A stretch of 40,132 nucleotides of DNA, from positions 1 to 40,132 of the forward strand of contig JAAPAO010000317.1 of assembly GCA_013115145.1 (NCBI GenBank). The letters run 5' to 3'. Shown here one piece after another: positions 36,834-40,132 of the stretch. This DNA is from Perkinsus chesapeaki ATCC PRA-425. Lineage: Eukaryota; Protista; Perkinsozoa. The number at the start of each line of letters is the position of its first letter. Position 1 is the first letter of the stretch. A program made the position numbers and the translations under genes. The notes below the pieces were generated by a model. That model was not told the DNA's origin and made no database searches. It worked only from the letters and a program-made list of their open reading frames with translations.

Positions 36834-39138
36834 ATGCCGCCACCACCGTCACGTAATATGAGTAATAATGCTAAAGTCACATCCTCATCCTCGCCAACAT
36901 CATCATCATCAATAAGATGTACTATAAAGGTTGATAGAAGTGTTAGTAATATACATGATGATAATGATGGTGAGGAATCGGTTAGAGCTATGATGTATAA
37001 TATGAGAGAAGCTAGAAAGAATATAACATTTAGGAAGGCACCAATAAGGACAATACTTAATCTATTACACTTCGTTATGAGGTAGTAATAATAGTAGTAC
37101 TACTTATAATAACATTTATTATGTTTTAGAGGACTACATTCAATACTTATGTATATTGCTGCTCATGCATTTACATTATATATTATAATACCAATTATTA
37201 TATTATGGATTATTGGTAGATTAACTGATGGTGAATATCATCAAAACATCCAAGATGATATAGTAACATGGATTGAATTCATTACATGGTAATAATAGTA
37301 GTAATATAAGTATGAAATAATAGTATAGGTGGGTTGGACTTGGTGTGTTATCAAGTGTTGGTCTTGGTACTGGTATGCATTCTGGTTTATTATTCTTATT
37401 CCCCCATTTATATCTTATATCATCATCAGCTCAAGAATGCAATAATCTAGACTTTGACTGGAGGTAGTAGTAGTAAAAACATTAGGCGCCGCTTACATGT
37501 TAATGCTGCAAATGCTGTTATTGTTGTTGTTGTTGTTGATAGAGTTAATATGTGGAACAATGTTATGAAACCAGATGAGACATTTACATGTATTAATCCA
37601 GAACCAGACTCAGTTTATAGTAATAATGTTACATTTTGGTCGTTATTATCAGCTGGATGGTTACCATGTATATTATGGGGTACTGGTACTGCTATTGGTG
37701 AATTACCACCATATGCCACTTCGTAATAATATATAACTTATTATTATTATAATGTATTATAGTTACGCAGCACGTAAAGCAGGACTTGAAGATGAGGATT
37801 TTAATGAAGCATTTGGGGTAATACTTCTTATTCTTGTTGTTGCTGCTGCTGCTACTGGTGTTGTTATTAATATTTTAGGAGTCTCAAGGTGGAACTAATG
37901 TTGTTAATTGGATGAAAAATTGGATGATTGATTTCCTTGAAAAACATGGTTTTTGGGTACTAATAATAATGTTATCCTTATTATTACTGCCGCTTCTGCT
38001 TCTGCTTCTGCTTCTGCTTATACCCTCCTTCTTGTTATTAGGGTGTATTATTAATGTCAGCATGGCCTAATGCTATGTTTGATTTATGTGGTTTATGTTG
38101 TGGTCACTTCTTAATGCCATTTTGGACATTCTTTTCAGCAGTATTCTTAGGAAAGGCTGTTATAAAGGTATTAACATAATCATTACTTTAACCATAACTA
38201 TAAACATCATCACTATTACTGTTATATTAGTAGGTATTCGGACAACTGGTATTTTTTACGATATTGTTCTCTCCAAATGGTCGTTTAGCTTTGGTTAATA
38301 TATTAGCTAGGATTGCTGGTAAAGTAATAAGTTATAATAATAACCAGTCCCCGTAGTAGCTAGGATAGTGTTGTTGTGCACCATTTAGTTTGGTGCAAAT
38401 GAAGAATTAGTAACTGATAAACTGCAATCATTGGTTGTTAAGTTTTCTGGTAATTCCACCACACCCACAACATCAACAGGTTTATCTGCTCATAATGCTC
38501 AACATCATGGTAATAATACAATAATTATTAATGCTGCTGCTGCTGTTGTTATTATTATTGTTATTACTAGGTAGTAGTCCAACACATCATATATTAGCAA
38601 CCTTATTTCGATGGGGTATGGCATTTATTATATTAATGTTTGCTAAATCATGTATGGAACAATTTGCCCAAGTAACAATAATAACACAATATAGTAATTA
38701 ATAATGTTGTTTGTTGTTATTATTAGCAATACCAAAAGGAGATTGATGATTCACGTATAATGCAGAAATATGGTTATATCCCAACACCACGTGCATCATC
38801 ATCGAATAAGAAAAAAGATGATACTACTACAGCTGCTACTGCTACTGAGCTCCTAACACCTACACAATTGTTACATCAAGTAAGCGGCGGTGGAGGAGGA
38901 GGAAGACGGCATAATGAGAGGAAGAGTAATAAATATAGTACAATAGGACTTATTGGTGGTTATAGATTCATTATCAAGTAGTAGAAGGAGAACAAGGTCT
39001 AGGAGTAAAAGCTCTAATATACCATCATCATCATCACCAATTCATAATGGTGCTATTGATAATGATGTTGATGATCATGTAGATGATATAAGAAGGAGAT
39101 CGAGAAGGACAAGGAGTAGGAATAATAGTACTTATTAA
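36834..39138 (+). CDS. VMP1: Vacuole membrane protein 1 (VMP1/TMEM49, DedA-family scramblase), multi-exon; final exon(s) ambiguous, may extend to ~39250
   Basis: WVGLGVLSSVGLGTGMHSGLLFLFPH; LWGTGTAIGELPPYATS|YAARKAG; FW|GVLLMSAWPNAMFDLCGLCCGHFLMPFWTFFSAVFLGKAVIK. Confidence 0.95.
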
Positions 39139-39389
39139 GGTGAATCTTAATAATGTTGTAATATTGATATATATTATTAAAACCAGATAACTACCATTGA
39201 TAATGACGTATTGGAAGGTGCATCATCATCATCAATGGGGGATAGGTGATTATCTTTATACAGTACATTGCCAACAGAGTTGATGAGGATTCACAGGAGT
39301 ATTTGTTATAATTATTAAGGTTGTTATTGTTGATAATAATAGTCAAGACAACTATTATCATTTATCAATATTGTGTTATCATAACCGTA

Positions 39390-40044
39390 ATGTTAACATT
39401 AGTTTATATAATGACATCATCATCATCATCATCATTTACGAGTTCAGCTATTATAATTGGTAACCCTATTATTGACCAATCACCTATATCATCATCATCT
39501 CATTCCTTCTCCTATGATGATACAGAAATATTAGGTCAGCACTAGTATTATCGAGTTGTTCTTGTTGTTATTATTATTATTAGATGGGCCTCAACATCAT
39601 GGCTTTACTATTTTACCTAATACTATTACAACAACAACAACAACAATTAACAGAACATTATCGAGCAACTACAAAGTGTTTATCAATTCATTATTATGTT
39701 TTATTGGTAGTGGAGTGCTAGGTATTATTGTTATTAACATGTTATTATTATTAACTTATTATTAGTATAGGCTTACCCCATGCATTTGGTGAAGTTGGTA
39801 TGATAAGCGGTATAATAATATTATGGTCTATTGCATTAATATCACTTCATTGTATGTTATTAGTAGTTGATTGTCAAACGTAATAATAACAATTAGTATT
39901 ACTTTGATTAGTATATATATTGTATATATTAGATATCTTAGAGATAATGAATCAAAGCATGCAGTAACATACGGTGATATTGGTTATTATGCATTCGGCA
40001 ATATTGGCAGTAAAATAGTTGATATTTGTATAATATTAACACAA
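39390..40044 (+). CDS. Amino acid/auxin permease (AAAP; SLC36/AVT3-like) transporter, 5' part; continues beyond the window
   Basis: SSNYKVFINSLLCFIGSGVLG|LPHAFGEVGMISG...LHCMLLVVDC|...VTYGDIGYYAFGNIGSKIVDICIILTQ|. The start could be 39390 or 39411. Confidence 0.92.
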
Positions 40045-40063
40045 GTATACAGAGTCGTATAAC

Positions 40064-40132
<69 letters not shown>
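40064..40132. repeat. (ATT)n microsatellite, intronic, at the window end
   Basis: Pure TAT/ATT run after the donor at 40045. Confidence 0.9.

Noticed and set aside
38953-39138. RS-rich C-terminal tail on VMP1 as a novelty
   Set aside because: The last exons can be spliced in more than one frame, so the tail is not established without transcripts.

Overview
AT-rich, intron-dense eukaryotic genomic DNA, most likely a myzozoan alveolate (Perkinsozoa-like). This is an inference from the plant/alveolate-type EWGWCK enolase insertion, the short GT-AG introns and the compact gene arrays. I read about 20 protein-coding genes by manual splicing: enolase (5' part), a protein with a CysRS-like C-terminal appendage, a CEP295-like protein, PIG-X, a RING protein, NAA30, a membrane protein, a thioredoxin-fold protein, GPAA1, a NOVA-like KH protein, DGAT2, a PUB-domain protein, SLD5/GINS4, HspBP1/Fes1, a long coiled-coil protein, a divergent SET-domain protein, U2SURP/SR140, VMP1 and an AAAP amino-acid transporter (5' part). 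There is also one tRNA-Ala(AGC), a tRNA 3'-half/B-box relic, a 1.6 kb GC-rich foreign insertion and several micro/minisatellites. Three of the repeats sit on N gaps (5088-5186, 6912-7008, 21147-21243). The genes form four co-directional blocks (-,+,-,+), and both divergent strand switches carry a Pol III internal promoter element. Many introns have self-complementary (AAT)n...(ATT)n ends. Gene spans include introns, family calls come from remembered motifs rather than database searches, and several gene ends are approximate.
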